The notes: generated from the letters alone by a model not told the origin. A DNA stretch of 64,000 bases from Anaerolineales bacterium (GCA_049287485.1 JBAQFX010000005.1:1052-65051), one strand, 5' to 3'; numbered from the stretch's first letter, positions 1-10,486 are shown. Program-made: numbers and translations.

Positions 1-1
1 A

Positions 2-172
2 CGGGCGCCGACGGTCATTCACCACCTGAATATCTTACGCCTGGCAGGATTGGTTTATATTACCCTGGTAGAGCGAGAAGAAAAGCGTTATACCGTTCGG
101 GAAACGGCAGTGGCAGACACTTTTGATGCGTTACGAAAGTTTTTGTCGGAAAATAAAATGGATTCCGTATGA
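2..172 (+). CDS. 3' end of an ArsR/SmtB-family HTH regulator (partial, runs off the window start)
   Basis: An open frame from position 2 translates to ...VIHHLNILRLAGLVYITLVEREEKRYTV..., which resembles the ArsR recognition helix and wing. The stop TGA at 170-172 overlaps the ATG of the next gene (ATGA). Confidence 0.5.
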   Translation, partial: RAPTVIHHLNILRLAGLVYITLVEREEKRYTVRETAVADTFDALRKFLSENKMDSV

Positions 173-1449
173 TTGCTAGAGTTAGGCGTAGTATGAAAGA
201 ATATAGCGAGCATCTGGTTGCCTTTCGACCGAATGCCCGCCTGTATCTGACTTATGGCATCATCTCTGGCATTGCCCTGGGAATATTTCGCCTGCTGTTT
301 AATTTTTATGCCCTCAGTCTGGGCTTTGATGAAAAATTACTGGGCAACCTGGTCACTACCAGCAACCTGACTGCATTGATCGTCGCCCTGCCCATGGGTT
401 ACCTGGCTGATTATTTAGGGCGTAAATCATCCTTGCTCATTGCGGGAATGGTCGTTTGTCTTTCTATTGCCATGATGGTTATTTGGCCGATCCAATCCAG
501 CCTGTACGTCATGAATATTTTATCTGGTGCGGCACAAAGCCTGGCTGCGGTGACGATGAGCCCGTTCCTGATGGAGAACAGCGGTGAGCATGAACGAACT
601 TATTTGTTTAGTTTTAGCTCTGGCATCCAGATGGTATCGGCCTCAGTCGGTAGCTGGATTGGCGGTTACCTTCCAAGCTGGATAGCCGGCATACGGAATG
701 TTGAGTCGGTCAGCAGCCAGGCATATGGCGGTTCTATCTTGGTGGTGGCCATTGCTCTCGCCTTAAGCATTATTCCATTGATGATGATCAAAATGCCTCG
801 TCTCACCTATGAAGAGCGCACCGTTTTTTCCCCCTTTTCTTATGCCGCTAAAAACCCAAAGAAATTAACCAAACTCATCCTGCCCATGCTGATTACCTCC
901 TTTGGGGCAGGCTTGATCATGCCTTTCATGAATGTGTTCTTCCGCGTTCAATATCACCAGTCAGACCAGGTGATTGGGGTTTTGTTTGCCTGGGGTTCAC
1001 TGGCCATGGGGCTTGGCTTGCTGGCGGCACCTCCCCTGGCCGACCGCTTGGGTAAGATTCAAATCGTGGTGATCACACAGGGGTTATCTATCCCGTTTTT
1101 GGTTATTCTGGGTTTCTCCCCCTTGTTTTGGGTCAGTGCGATCGCCTATTACATTCGGGTAGCGCTGATGAATATGAGCAGTCCCGTTTACCAGACCTTC
1201 GTTATGGAACAGGTGGAACCTTCGTCCAGGGCTATGGTCGCCAGCCTGGTGAGCATGTCCTGGAATTTCGGTTGGGCCATCAGCCCCACCATCAGCGGTA
1301 TCTTACAGGTACGTTACGGGTTTGGTCCTCCGTTCATGGGTACTATTATCCTTTATATTATCTCAGTATTTCTGTATTGGTATTTTTGGTGGCGTAAAAG
1401 TGAGGCAAGAGAGTCCGTCACACCTGAGATTGCTGAGGAAATAACCTGA
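169..1449 (+). CDS. MFS transporter
   Basis: A 426-aa ORF with about 12 hydrophobic helices. It has the MFS-like loop motif GYLADYLGRK after TM2. Confidence 0.8.
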   Translation: MIARVRRSMKEYSEHLVAFRPNARLYLTYGIISGIALGIFRLLFNFYALSLGFDEKLLGNLVTTSNLTALIVALPMGYLADYLGRKSSLLIAGMVVCLSIAMMVIWPIQSSLYVMNILSGAAQSLAAVTMSPFLMENSGEHERTYLFSFSSGIQMVSASVGSWIGGYLPSWIAGIRNVESVSSQAYGGSILVVAIALALSIIPLMMIKMPRLTYEERTVFSPFSYAAKNPKKLTKLILPMLITSFGAGLIMPFMNVFFRVQYHQSDQVIGVLFAWGSLAMGLGLLAAPPLADRLGKIQIVVITQGLSIPFLVILGFSPLFWVSAIAYYIRVALMNMSSPVYQTFVMEQVEPSSRAMVASLVSMSWNFGWAISPTISGILQVRYGFGPPFMGTIILYIISVFLYWYFWWRKSEARESVTPEIAEEIT

Positions 1450-1521
1450 GGGCGACCTTTTGGCTCATTTTGCATCCAATGTACTGATTACAGCTATTCT
1501 TACCTGAAGGAGTACATTTTA

Positions 1522-1935
1522 ATGGAAATGATGATTGATTTTCCGGGCGGTGATCGTGTGGACGCCCATTTTGGACCCTATACTGTAATGACTGACCAAC
1601 CCCACAACCCTACGGGCGAGCCGGGCTCAGCACCTGCGCCGTTTTCATTATTTTTAGCTTCCATTGCAACCTGTGCGGGAATTTATGTGCTAGGTTTTTG
1701 CAAACAACGCAACCTGCCAACCGATGGCATGCGCATCATCCAGCGTTCGCACAGGAACCAAGCCACGGGCATGATTGAGAATATTGACCTGGAGATTCAA
1801 GTCCCTGATGGCTTCCCCGAAAAATATCTTCCATCCCTGGTACGCTCAGCTGAGCTCTGTGCGGTGAAGAAACACCTCGAAATTCCTCCTGCCTTCAAGG
1901 TGTTCACTCAGACGATATCCATGGTAAAGGCATAA
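1522..1935 (+). CDS. OsmC family protein (peroxiredoxin-like)
   Basis: A 137-aa ORF with an OsmC-like layout and two conserved Cys contexts (IATCAGI, AELCAVKKH). The RBS GAAGGAG lies upstream. Confidence 0.7.
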   Translation: MEMMIDFPGGDRVDAHFGPYTVMTDQPHNPTGEPGSAPAPFSLFLASIATCAGIYVLGFCKQRNLPTDGMRIIQRSHRNQATGMIENIDLEIQVPDGFPEKYLPSLVRSAELCAVKKHLEIPPAFKVFTQTISMVKA

Positions 1936-1961
1936 TAGATATTTGCTCATGACCTTATAAC

Positions 1962-1998
1962 AAACCACCCGTTTTTGCTGTGTACGGGTGGTTTTTGC
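1962..1998 (+). terminator. Rho-independent terminator after the OsmC-like gene
   Basis: An 11-bp stem (aaaccacccgt / acgggtggttt) runs into a T tract. Confidence 0.6.
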
Positions 1999-2005
1999 AT
2001 TGTCT

Positions 2006-2090
2006 TGGTGCCGAAGGAGGGAATCGAACCCTCATTCCTTACGGAACACGATTTTGAGTCGTGCGCGTCTGCCTATTCCGCCACTTCGGC
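2006..2090 (-). tRNA. tRNA-Leu (anticodon CAA), CCA encoded
   Basis: The reverse complement reads GCCGAAG-TG-GCGGAATAGGCAGACGCGC-ACGACTCAAAATCGTG-long variable arm-AGGGTTCGATTCCCT-CTTCGGC-ACCA. The acceptor stem is 7 bp, the anticodon loop is CUCAAAA, and the long variable arm fits a class II tRNA. Confidence 0.9.
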
Positions 2091-2210
2091 TGATGTTGGC
2101 TCAGATTATACCCGAAAGTAAAATGAAAGTTTAGAGGTTCATTCATCCGCGTTATAATCATCCATGTAGGATCAGGACGGCTTTTATTTACCTGAAGCGG
2201 GAGAAACATC

Positions 2211-3275
2211 ATGCGACTTGGCATCATTGGATTGCCTCAATCAGGGAAGACAACCATTTTCAATGCTCTGACGCGCGGTAACCAGCCGTTGACCACCAGT
2301 GGGGGCCGTTTTGATGTACATACCGGGGTGGTGGATGTGCCGGACGCACGCGTCGATCGCTTGTCTAACCTGTTTAAACCCAAGAAGACCATCTATGCCA
2401 AAGTAACTTACGCTGATATCGCTGGGTTGGAAGGTAGCCAGAGTGCAATCTCAGGTCAGCTGTTGAATAGTTTGACTCAGATGGATGGCTTGCTACATGT
2501 TGTGCGCTACTTTGAAGATCCAGGTGTCCCTCATCCCTCTGGCAGTGTAAATCCTTTACGAGATATCGCCACCATGGATGCTGAATTGCTGTTGAACGAC
2601 TTGATTGCTGTGGAGCGTAAGCTTGAACGCCTGGCAGACGAAAGGAAAAAGGGTGGCGGGCGCGAGAAATCGCTGATCGACCGTGAGATGGTCCTCTTCG
2701 AGCGTTTTAAGGATGCTCTTTCTCGGGAGATTCCCCTGCGAGAGATTGACCTGACCGCTGAGGAAGAAAAAACCCTTTCAGGATTTGGTTTTCTCACCCG
2801 CAAACCCATGCTGGTCTTGCTTAACCTGCATGAAGGGCAGGAGATGCCTCCCGTAGAATACACACACCCGCATAGCAACCTGGCAGCCCTGCAAGGCAAG
2901 CTGGAAATGGAAATTGCCCAGCTTGCACCAGAAGACGCCGACGACTTTATGACCGAGTATGGTATCAACGAGCTAGGACTGGCACGTGTAATCCGACTTT
3001 CCTACGACCTGTTGGGTCTGATTTCATTTTTTACCGTCGGCCCCGATGAGGTGCGAGCTTGGACCATTCATCATGGATCAACTGCCTATGATGCTGCGGG
3101 AGAGATCCACACCGACCTGCAAAAGGGCTTTATCCGTGCTGAGGTCATCCCGTACGAAGAACTCATCGCTCTGGGCGGTTTGAATGAGGCCAAAGCCAAG
3201 GGTCGCCTGAGGTTGGAAGGTAAAGAATACGTTGTACAAGATGGCGAGATTGTCCACATCAGGTTTAACGTATAA
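2211..3275 (+). CDS. ychF: Redox-regulated ATPase YchF (Obg-family GTPase/ATPase)
   Basis: It has the N-terminal P-loop GLPQSGKTT and a C-terminal TGS-like end (YVVQDGEIVHIRFNV). The length is 354 aa. Confidence 0.9.
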   Translation: MRLGIIGLPQSGKTTIFNALTRGNQPLTTSGGRFDVHTGVVDVPDARVDRLSNLFKPKKTIYAKVTYADIAGLEGSQSAISGQLLNSLTQMDGLLHVVRYFEDPGVPHPSGSVNPLRDIATMDAELLLNDLIAVERKLERLADERKKGGGREKSLIDREMVLFERFKDALSREIPLREIDLTAEEEKTLSGFGFLTRKPMLVLLNLHEGQEMPPVEYTHPHSNLAALQGKLEMEIAQLAPEDADDFMTEYGINELGLARVIRLSYDLLGLISFFTVGPDEVRAWTIHHGSTAYDAAGEIHTDLQKGFIRAEVIPYEELIALGGLNEAKAKGRLRLEGKEYVVQDGEIVHIRFNV

Positions 3276-3336
3276 CTGGGAGAAATTATCAAGTGCTCAG
3301 TAATCAATAATACCCTGGTTAAAAAACTAATTACTT

Positions 3337-5121
3337 ATGGAGAGAACAATGACATATAAACAATCCCCTTGGAGTTTAGCCGATCTTTTTCCAGCACAGG
3401 ACAGCGTTGAGATGAAAGCAGCCTTTGACGAGCTTGACGGTAAAGTAGTTGAGTTCGAAGCGCTGCGTCCACGTCTTTCAGCGGATATGCCTGAAGAAGC
3501 ATTTCTGGGTGCAATCCACCAGCTTGAAGCTATCTCTCGCCTTGCCAATCGTATTGGTTCTTTCGCTGGACTTAGTTTTGCTGCTGATACACAGGACCAG
3601 TCTATCCTGGCTTTTCAGACAGATGTGGAGAACCGTATGGCAGTCATCGCCAACCGCACCTTATTTTTTAGCCTGTGGTGGAAAAGTCTCAATGACGAAG
3701 CAGCTGAACGTTTGATGGCAGTGTCTGGCGATTATCGCTATTGGCTGGAAGAGATGCGCCACTTTAAGCCTCATACACTCACCGAACCGGAAGAAAAGAT
3801 CATCAATATCAAAGATGTCACCGGTTTCAGTGCAATCGTCAACCTGTATAACACACTGACCAATCGCTATGTTTTCCGAATCGAAGTAGATGGTGAGGTT
3901 AAGGAGCTCACCCGGGGAGAATTAATGGTTTATGTGAGGAGTTATGATCCCGTGTTGCGTGCAGCTGCCTACCAGGAGCTCTACCGCGTTTATGGGCAGG
4001 ATGGCCCTATTCTGGGACAAATGTACCAGACCCTGGTACGTGATTGGCACAACGAAAACCTTGACCTAAGGCATTTTTCCAGCCCGCTTTCAGTGCGTAA
4101 CCTGGCAAATGATATTCCCGACGACGTCGTCGACACCCTGTTAGGTGTCTGTCAGGACAATATCTCCGTTTTCCAGCGTTTCTTCCAGCTGAAAGCCCGC
4201 TGGCTGGGCCTGGAACACTTGCGGCGCTATGATATCTATGCACCCGTGGTCAAAACAGAGAAAAAGTACAACTTTGACCAAGCTACAGATTTAGTATTTG
4301 AAGCATTTCAGCTTTTTGAACCGAAAGTTGCTGCTTTAGCTCGTCGGGTCCTGGATCAAAACCACCTGGATAGTGAGGTGCGCCGTGGAAAGATGAGCGG
4401 GGCTTTTTGTTCGACAGTTGCTCCGGATATAACCCCCTGGGTGCTGGTTAATTATCAAGGCAAGCCGGATGATGTGGCTACCATGGCTCACGAGCTGGGT
4501 CATGCCATCCATTCCCAATTAGCCGGAGAACATAGCCTGTTTACCTTCCATTCATCGCTCCCCTTGGCAGAAACAGCCTCCACCTTTGGTGAAATGATGC
4601 TGGTGGATCGCTTGCTGGCGACTGAAAGTGATGCTTCGGTTCGTCGAACCCTGCTGTTCCGTCAGGTGGATGACGCTTATGCCACGATCATGCGTCAGGC
4701 ACAGTTCGCTTTATTTGAACGCAGGGCACATACCATGGTCCAGCAAGGTGCTACCGTTGATGAGTTGTCAGATGCTTATCTGGATAATTTGTGTCAGCAG
4801 TTTGGAGAGGCAGTCGAGGTCAGCGATGAATTTCGCTGGGAGTGGGTATCCATCCCCCACATTTACCATACGCCATTCTACGTATATGCTTATACTTTCG
4901 GTCAGCTATTGGTTTTATCTCTATACCAGCAGTACAAAGAAGAAGGTAAGGCGTTCATACCACGCTATTTGAGCTTGCTTTCAGCTGGCGGGTCGAAATC
5001 GCCAGAGAAAATATTGTCAGACGCCGGGATCAACATGCACAGTGCCAGTTTCTGGCAAGGCGGATTCAACGTCATCCAGGAGCTCGTCAAGCAGCTCGAA
5101 TCTATTCCGGTGATTAAATAA
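3337..5121 (+). CDS. pepF: M3B oligoendopeptidase F family metallopeptidase
   Basis: A 594-aa ORF with the HELGH zinc motif (MAHELGHAIH). An alternative start at 3349 follows GGAGAG. Confidence 0.85.
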   Translation: MERTMTYKQSPWSLADLFPAQDSVEMKAAFDELDGKVVEFEALRPRLSADMPEEAFLGAIHQLEAISRLANRIGSFAGLSFAADTQDQSILAFQTDVENRMAVIANRTLFFSLWWKSLNDEAAERLMAVSGDYRYWLEEMRHFKPHTLTEPEEKIINIKDVTGFSAIVNLYNTLTNRYVFRIEVDGEVKELTRGELMVYVRSYDPVLRAAAYQELYRVYGQDGPILGQMYQTLVRDWHNENLDLRHFSSPLSVRNLANDIPDDVVDTLLGVCQDNISVFQRFFQLKARWLGLEHLRRYDIYAPVVKTEKKYNFDQATDLVFEAFQLFEPKVAALARRVLDQNHLDSEVRRGKMSGAFCSTVAPDITPWVLVNYQGKPDDVATMAHELGHAIHSQLAGEHSLFTFHSSLPLAETASTFGEMMLVDRLLATESDASVRRTLLFRQVDDAYATIMRQAQFALFERRAHTMVQQGATVDELSDAYLDNLCQQFGEAVEVSDEFRWEWVSIPHIYHTPFYVYAYTFGQLLVLSLYQQYKEEGKAFIPRYLSLLSAGGSKSPEKILSDAGINMHSASFWQGGFNVIQELVKQLESIPVIK

Positions 5122-5122
5122 A

Positions 5123-5165
5123 ATCAGGGATTCGGAACATAAGCTACATCCTCCGAATCCCTGAT
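5123..5165. terminator. Bidirectional hairpin terminator between convergent pepF and ssb
   Basis: A perfect 14-bp stem (atcagggattcgga / tccgaatccctgat) is flanked by an A-run and a T-run. Confidence 0.65.
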
Positions 5166-5175
5166 CTTTTAATAA

Positions 5176-5571
5176 CTACGGATTTACCGGGAGTTCATCT
5201 TCACCAGAGGGTTCTTCAGCCTCTACGGCAGGCAGCTCCTCAGCTTTTCGGTCCAGCATTTGCATCTGGGTTGCGACTACTTTTGTGAAGTAGTGAGGTA
5301 CACCTTCGTGTTCATAGCGATCTGTCCGTAGCTGGCCCTCAAGGAACACCAGCCGTCCTTTACGCAGATATTGTTTGCATATCTCGCCCAAGCGTCCCCA
5401 CGCTTCAACGTTGAACCAATCGGTGGATTCCTTGTCTTCACCTGAACTGCTCTTCCAGCGACGACTCACTGCCAGGCTAAAGGTGCATACCTTACTGCCC
5501 TTGGGTGTGAAGCGAACCTCAGGGTTTTTCCCAAGGTGACCAATCAATTGGATGCGATTAAGAGTAGGCAT
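5176..5571 (-). CDS. ssb: Single-stranded DNA-binding protein
   Basis: It has an OB-fold N-terminus (LNRIQLIGHLGKNPEVRFTPKG...WFNVEAWG) and an acidic C-terminal tail. Confidence 0.85.
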   Translation of the reverse strand: MPTLNRIQLIGHLGKNPEVRFTPKGSKVCTFSLAVSRRWKSSSGEDKESTDWFNVEAWGRLGEICKQYLRKGRLVFLEGQLRTDRYEHEGVPHYFTKVVATQMQMLDRKAEELPAVEAEEPSGEDELPVNP

Positions 5572-5632
5572 ATTATTCTCCGTCTAAGAAACTGCTTCTC
5601 CTCAGGAAGAGAAATCGGTCTCTCTCCATCGG

Positions 5633-6037
5633 TTAGTAAGTGATCACTCTTGGTAATTTCTTGGCTTGTTCGATCCAGTCTGCAACTTGCGATTCTACGG
5701 GGAGCTTGCGTACTAGTTTCTTTTCGCGGTTAACAGCTTCAATTTTCTGAATCAGATTACTGGCGTTCCTTTGGGCTAATTCAGGAATCGTGTCTACCCC
5801 GGCAGCTTCTAACAGGTCAGAATATTCTGATCCGACGCCTTTAATGCGATACAAATCCACATGGTTTACCCATTCCAGGATGAGTGCATCACCAATACCG
5901 GTCTTCTCAGCCAGTTCTTTGCGACCTTTGGGTGTTGCACCAACTTTCAATAATGCATCCGTGGTGCTTACACCCACCTTAGTCAGCTTGTCAGCATATT
6001 TGGTCCCTATCCCTTCGACATCTATTATTTTTGCCAT
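5633..6037 (-). CDS. DUF4332-like helix-hairpin-helix domain protein
   Basis: A 134-aa ORF with two HhH-like repeats (IEGIG..YADKL, IKGVGSEYSDLLEAAGV). Confidence 0.55.
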   Translation of the reverse strand: MAKIIDVEGIGTKYADKLTKVGVSTTDALLKVGATPKGRKELAEKTGIGDALILEWVNHVDLYRIKGVGSEYSDLLEAAGVDTIPELAQRNASNLIQKIEAVNREKKLVRKLPVESQVADWIEQAKKLPRVITY

Positions 6038-6060
6038 TTTATCTCTCCTTTTTGAAGTTT

Positions 6061-6264
6061 TTATTTTTTTCCGCCCAGCAGGTCCCCAATACCTTTGGTT
6101 AGATTGTCCTGGAGATTCCCACCTGCGAGTAACGCATCAAGTTGCCCAGCGATACTCGGCGGTAATTTCTGTTTAAGGAAATTGATTACCGTCTCAACAG
6201 CTACCTTGGCTTTGTCCTGTGGTAGTCCGGTTTTCTGCGATACCAGTTTTACAAGTTCATCCAT
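6061..6264 (-). CDS. Small conserved hypothetical protein (67 aa)
   Basis: The ORF has good coding appearance and lies directly upstream of, and co-oriented with, the DUF4332-like gene. I recognise no family. Confidence 0.4.
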   Translation of the reverse strand: MDELVKLVSQKTGLPQDKAKVAVETVINFLKQKLPPSIAGQLDALLAGGNLQDNLTKGIGDLLGGKK

Positions 6265-6386
6265 TTCACTATCCTCCTCAATTTAATCAAGCACAGGTTA
6301 TATAATTCGAGTATGTCCGTTGAGTAATTATAATCTCTTTGAAATTTAATGTGTGAATATCAAAACTGCCTTATATCCATAAAAAA

Positions 6387-6413
6387 GTAACGCAAGCAAG
6401 TCGCTTGCGTTAC
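6387..6413 (-). terminator. Terminator of the 6450-7472 membrane-protein gene
   Basis: An 11-bp stem (gtaacgcaagc / gcttgcgttac) is followed on the minus strand by a T6 run. Confidence 0.55.
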
Positions 6414-6449
6414 TGTAAAATTTTTATCATCAATTCAGCGATAAAATAA

Positions 6450-7472
6450 TTATTCGCTTGGTGGTGTTGGGACCTCCGGCGCCTGTGGTGGTTCAGGGAT
6501 CATAGGTGGTTCAATCTTCGTCGTCGGGGTTTGGGGTGATTCCGGAGGTACAGGTGCTTCAATCGCTGGCGGCAAGGGTTTGGTAGTCAAGCGTAGATAG
6601 GTCAGCGTCCACCCGGATGCGGTATATGCTCGCAAGATGCCACTGAACACAAGCAAGAACGGCAGGTAGATGACAAAGAACACACCTGATAGGATCAATC
6701 CGTTGCGGATATTTTCTGTCACCCCGCTGGCTATTCCGAACGCTGCTGGCGCTGCTACTGCAAGCAGGGGCAAGCCAACAATGAACCCACCAATCACGCT
6801 GACTCCCAACGTCAGGATCAGACCCATCACGATCATACTGCCAATGTTATTGATGAATACCTGCCAGCCACGTTTGATAGCTTCGGTTATGCTTAAATTT
6901 TCAACCACCAGGGCTACATTGGCTTGTTCAATGATGATGGACACCAGCCACATTACCGGCACCAGCAGGCACAAAAGCGGGATCAGGCAAACCAAAAATA
7001 TTCCCAGCGTGCCTACAGTCAGGATTATTCCCAGTGTAAAGAGAACTAACAAGGCCAATATGACCAATATTCCAATCACCAGGTTTAGACCAAATACTCT
7101 CCAGAAATAAGTCAGACCATCACGCCACAACTCGCCAAACATAAGGCGTTCAGTGCCTTGCTCGGCCTTAACTGTTCCTCGGATCAGGCCAATCCGCCCA
7201 ACGGTCGCCAATAATATCACCACGACTACCAGAATGATGGCTACGATAATTGCCATCATGATCAGTATGCCGGAGATAGCAGGGTTGAGCTGGTTGAAGT
7301 AATTTTGAATCTGTGGTCCTACATTAGTGTCTTGGTATGAGAAACGATACCCCGAGTTACTCCCCGACGAGGTGCTTGCCTGACCGCAGCTAGCCAGTAT
7401 GCCGAAAATCCATAGCACCTTGAATTTCCAGATGATTTCCCATGCCCTTTTTAATACGTATCCAAAATCCAT
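6450..7472 (-). CDS. Polytopic membrane protein with a Pro-rich C-terminal tail (unknown function)
   Basis: A 340-aa ORF with multiple TM helices. Its N-terminal motif (..AWEIIWKFKVLWIFG..) is shared with the 53281-54537 ORF. Confidence 0.6.
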   Translation of the reverse strand: MDFGYVLKRAWEIIWKFKVLWIFGILASCGQASTSSGSNSGYRFSYQDTNVGPQIQNYFNQLNPAISGILIMMAIIVAIILVVVVILLATVGRIGLIRGTVKAEQGTERLMFGELWRDGLTYFWRVFGLNLVIGILVILALLVLFTLGIILTVGTLGIFLVCLIPLLCLLVPVMWLVSIIIEQANVALVVENLSITEAIKRGWQVFINNIGSMIVMGLILTLGVSVIGGFIVGLPLLAVAAPAAFGIASGVTENIRNGLILSGVFFVIYLPFLLVFSGILRAYTASGWTLTYLRLTTKPLPPAIEAPVPPESPQTPTTKIEPPMIPEPPQAPEVPTPPSE

Positions 7473-7568
7473 AGGTCTCTCCTCTCATGAGCATTTATGT
7501 TGTATACGAAATACTGGTTGATTGGTTGCTTGTACGGTGCTTTATCTATGAAACCTGTTTCTGTGTTC

Positions 7569-9113
7569 TTACTCCCATTCGATGGTAGCTGGTGGCTTAC
7601 TAGTTATATCATAGACCACTCGATTAACCCCGTCAACTTCATTAACAATCCGGTTGGCGATGTGAGCCAGCAGATCATAGGGCAAGCGAGCCCAATCTGC
7701 TGTCATAAAATCGTCTGTAGTGACGGCGCGTAAAGCTATTGTTTCCTGGTATGTACGGCTGTCTCCCATCACGCCCACCGAGCGTACAGGTAATAAAACC
7801 GCGAAGGCCTGGGCAGTGCCTTCATCTTCATTCACTGATAGCAAACCAGCTTTTGACAACTCGCTGGTGAAAATGGCATCTGCTTGGCGTAAAAGCTCCA
7901 GGCGCGGTTGCGTCACCTCACCCAGGCAACGTACAGCCAGCCCAGGGCCTGGGAAAGGCTGTCTCCAAATCAGCGAATTTGGAAGTCCGAGAGCCTCACC
8001 CACCTTACGCACTTCATCTTTAAAAAGATAGCGTAGTGGCTCGACTAGCTCAAAGTGCATGCTATCGGGCAAACCGCCCACATTATGATGGCTCTTGATG
8101 CGTGCTGCCTGCGCCCGGTCGGGAGCACTGGATTCAACCACATCGGGATAAATTGTCCCTTGAACCAGGAAACGTGGCATACCAAGCTGGCGTGCCTGTG
8201 CCTCGAAAATGCGGATAAATTTCTCTCCAATGATGTGCCTTTTTTGTTCTGGGTCAACTACGCCATGCAGGGCATGCATAAACTCACTGACCGCCTCAAT
8301 CGTCACCAGTTCGGACCCTATCGTGTTCTGAAAAACCTTCACCACCTGTGCCGCTTCATCCATGCGTAACAGGCCGTTATTTACAAACACGGCCACCAGC
8401 TGATCGCCCACGGCGCGATGGACCAGAGCCGTTGCCACACTGGAATCTACCCCACCACTCACTGCGGATAACACTCTTTCATTGCCCACCTGTTCCTGGA
8501 TGCGCCTCACCGCTTCTGTGATGATGGATTCGGGGGTCCATTCAGGCTGGGCAGCACAGATTTCGATCGCAAACCGGCGCAAGATTTCACTTCCACCCTG
8601 TGTATGGCGTACTTCAGGATGGAATTGCACACCAAAGTAACGCCGCTTTAGATTACCGATCGCAGCATACGGTGAGTTATCGCTGTATGCCAATGTGACA
8701 AAACCATCCGCTGGTCGCTCGATACGATCCCCGTGCGACATCCATACAGATCGCATCCCCTCAGGCAAGAGGGGATTGATTTGAACCGTCTGCACTTCTG
8801 CCAGACCATACTCCCGCTTGGTTGAGGCTGCTACCACCCCGCCTAATGTATACGTGAGCGCCTGCATCCCATAACAGATTCCCAGGATCGGCAGTTGGCT
8901 CTCCAGAATATATGTGGGGATACTCGGGGCCTGGGTATCGTATACAGACGCAGGCCCCCCGGACAGGATGAAACCCTTGGGTCTCAGTGCCAGTACTTTA
9001 TCGGCAGGTGTAGTCCACGCGAATAGCTCGCAATATACATGCGCTTCACGCACCCTTCTGGCGATGAGTTGGGCATATTGCGAACCAAAATCGATGACCG
9101 CAATTGTGTCCAC
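7569..9113 (-). CDS. guaA: GMP synthase (glutamine-hydrolysing)
   Basis: It has a GATase-1 N-terminus, the PP-loop SGGVDSSV, and the conserved C-terminal ...KPPATIEWE. The GTG start overlaps the xpt stop by 1 nt. Confidence 0.95.
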   Translation of the reverse strand: MDTIAVIDFGSQYAQLIARRVREAHVYCELFAWTTPADKVLALRPKGFILSGGPASVYDTQAPSIPTYILESQLPILGICYGMQALTYTLGGVVAASTKREYGLAEVQTVQINPLLPEGMRSVWMSHGDRIERPADGFVTLAYSDNSPYAAIGNLKRRYFGVQFHPEVRHTQGGSEILRRFAIEICAAQPEWTPESIITEAVRRIQEQVGNERVLSAVSGGVDSSVATALVHRAVGDQLVAVFVNNGLLRMDEAAQVVKVFQNTIGSELVTIEAVSEFMHALHGVVDPEQKRHIIGEKFIRIFEAQARQLGMPRFLVQGTIYPDVVESSAPDRAQAARIKSHHNVGGLPDSMHFELVEPLRYLFKDEVRKVGEALGLPNSLIWRQPFPGPGLAVRCLGEVTQPRLELLRQADAIFTSELSKAGLLSVNEDEGTAQAFAVLLPVRSVGVMGDSRTYQETIALRAVTTDDFMTADWARLPYDLLAHIANRIVNEVDGVNRVVYDITSKPPATIEWE

Positions 9114-9694
9114 TACCCCTCATCAGCGGCGAATAGTATTTGACCATCCTCCATCGAGGTTACCTTTACCAGAGATTCGATCGGTATCCCTAGATAGGCT
9201 AAGGCCTGCCGACCACCTTCAAAGGTTTTCTCAATCAGAGTTCCAATACCAACGATTGTGGACCCTGCGGTTTGGGCCAGGCGCACCAGCCCTAATATGG
9301 TTGCACCGGTTGCTAAAAAGTCATCAATAATGACGATGCGCTCTCCATTGCCAAGATATTCCGGTGAAATAATCAACTCGACCATACGACCTTTCGTATG
9401 AGAGGGGCTGAGGGTGAGAAAAACCTCATCTGGCATCGTGATGGGTTTATGTTTACGAGCATATACCACTGGTAATCTCAGGTGATAGGCTGCAGAAACC
9501 GCTGGAGCAATACCAGAGATTTCTGCTGTTAATATCTTGGTTGCCCCAATGTCTTTGAAACGGTTCGCCAGTTCTTTCCCACAGGCATCCATCAAGACCG
9601 GATCCACCTGATGATTGATGAATCCATCCACTTTCAGGATACCGTTGCCCAGGTTTTTCCCTTCTTGCTTGATGCGGTTTTTTAATTCGCGCAT
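9113..9694 (-). CDS. xpt: Xanthine phosphoribosyltransferase
   Basis: A 193-aa ORF with the PRPP-binding motif [12 protein letters not shown] and a Xpt-like N-terminus (LKNRI..EG..L...ILKVD.F.NHQ). Confidence 0.85.
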   Translation of the reverse strand: MRELKNRIKQEGKNLGNGILKVDGFINHQVDPVLMDACGKELANRFKDIGATKILTAEISGIAPAVSAAYHLRLPVVYARKHKPITMPDEVFLTLSPSHTKGRMVELIISPEYLGNGERIVIIDDFLATGATILGLVRLAQTAGSTIVGIGTLIEKTFEGGRQALAYLGIPIESLVKVTSMEDGQILFAADEG

Positions 9695-9775
9695 AATACA
9701 CTCCTGAATCTGTTGTTTGGAAAATGAGGCGCTCTCATTTTACAACGCCTTGAAAGAAAGAACCAGAGTGAGAGT

Positions 9776-10486
9776 GTGTTAGAATCGCCGGATATGAAAC
9801 CTGGCAACAAGGTTGATGATCAGCTTTATTTGGCTTCCAATTCTCCCCGTCGAAAGGAATTACTATCTCTCATTGGATGGAAATATGCTACGCTGCCAAC
9901 GCAGGTAGATGAAACACCCCAGCCATCTGAAGAAGTAGTGGAATATGTAAAGCGCCTTGCTTTGTGCAAAGCATCCACAGCCGCTGACCTCAATGGAGTC
10001 AATGGTGTGATCATAGCTGCGGATACTACCGTCGTTGACTTCGATACGAGCGGAAACATCGAGATTTTAGGCAAGCCCGGGGATAGCCATGAAGCGATTG
10101 AGATTCTTCACCGTCTACGTGGGCACAATCACCGGGTATTTACCGCAATTTCAATCATACGCACCAGTGATGGTACAATTCTGTCCGATTTATGCGCCAC
10201 AGATGTGCCCATGCGTGATTACACTGACGAAGAGATTGATGCGTATGTCGCCAGTGGCGACCCACTGGACAAAGCTGGCGCATATGCCATCCAAAACCAT
10301 GGTTTCCACCCCGTCGAAAAGTTGTATGGCTGTTATGCCAATGTTATGGGTTTACCCTTGTGTCACCTTACGCGTAATTTGAGCCAGCTAGGTTTGACCC
10401 CGCTAGTAGATGTTCCTCAGGTTTGTCAGGCTGCGCTGGAGTATGATTGCCCTGTTTTCCCTCAAATTTTTGCTGGGAAGGCGTAG
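9776..10486 (+). CDS. maf: Maf-like nucleoside-triphosphate pyrophosphatase
   Basis: It carries Maf motifs (LASNSPRRKELL, AADTTV, DKAGAYAIQ). The start could be GTG 9776 or ATG 9794. Confidence 0.8.
   Translation: MLESPDMKPGNKVDDQLYLASNSPRRKELLSLIGWKYATLPTQVDETPQPSEEVVEYVKRLALCKASTAADLNGVNGVIIAADTTVVDFDTSGNIEILGKPGDSHEAIEILHRLRGHNHRVFTAISIIRTSDGTILSDLCATDVPMRDYTDEEIDAYVASGDPLDKAGAYAIQNHGFHPVEKLYGCYANVMGLPLCHLTRNLSQLGLTPLVDVPQVCQAALEYDCPVFPQIFAGKA

Noticed and set aside
2039-2227. A 62-aa minus-strand ORF, and likewise the 104-aa ORF at 25882-26196.
   Set aside because: They overlap tRNA-Leu and tRNA-Gln respectively. No coding signal is apparent.
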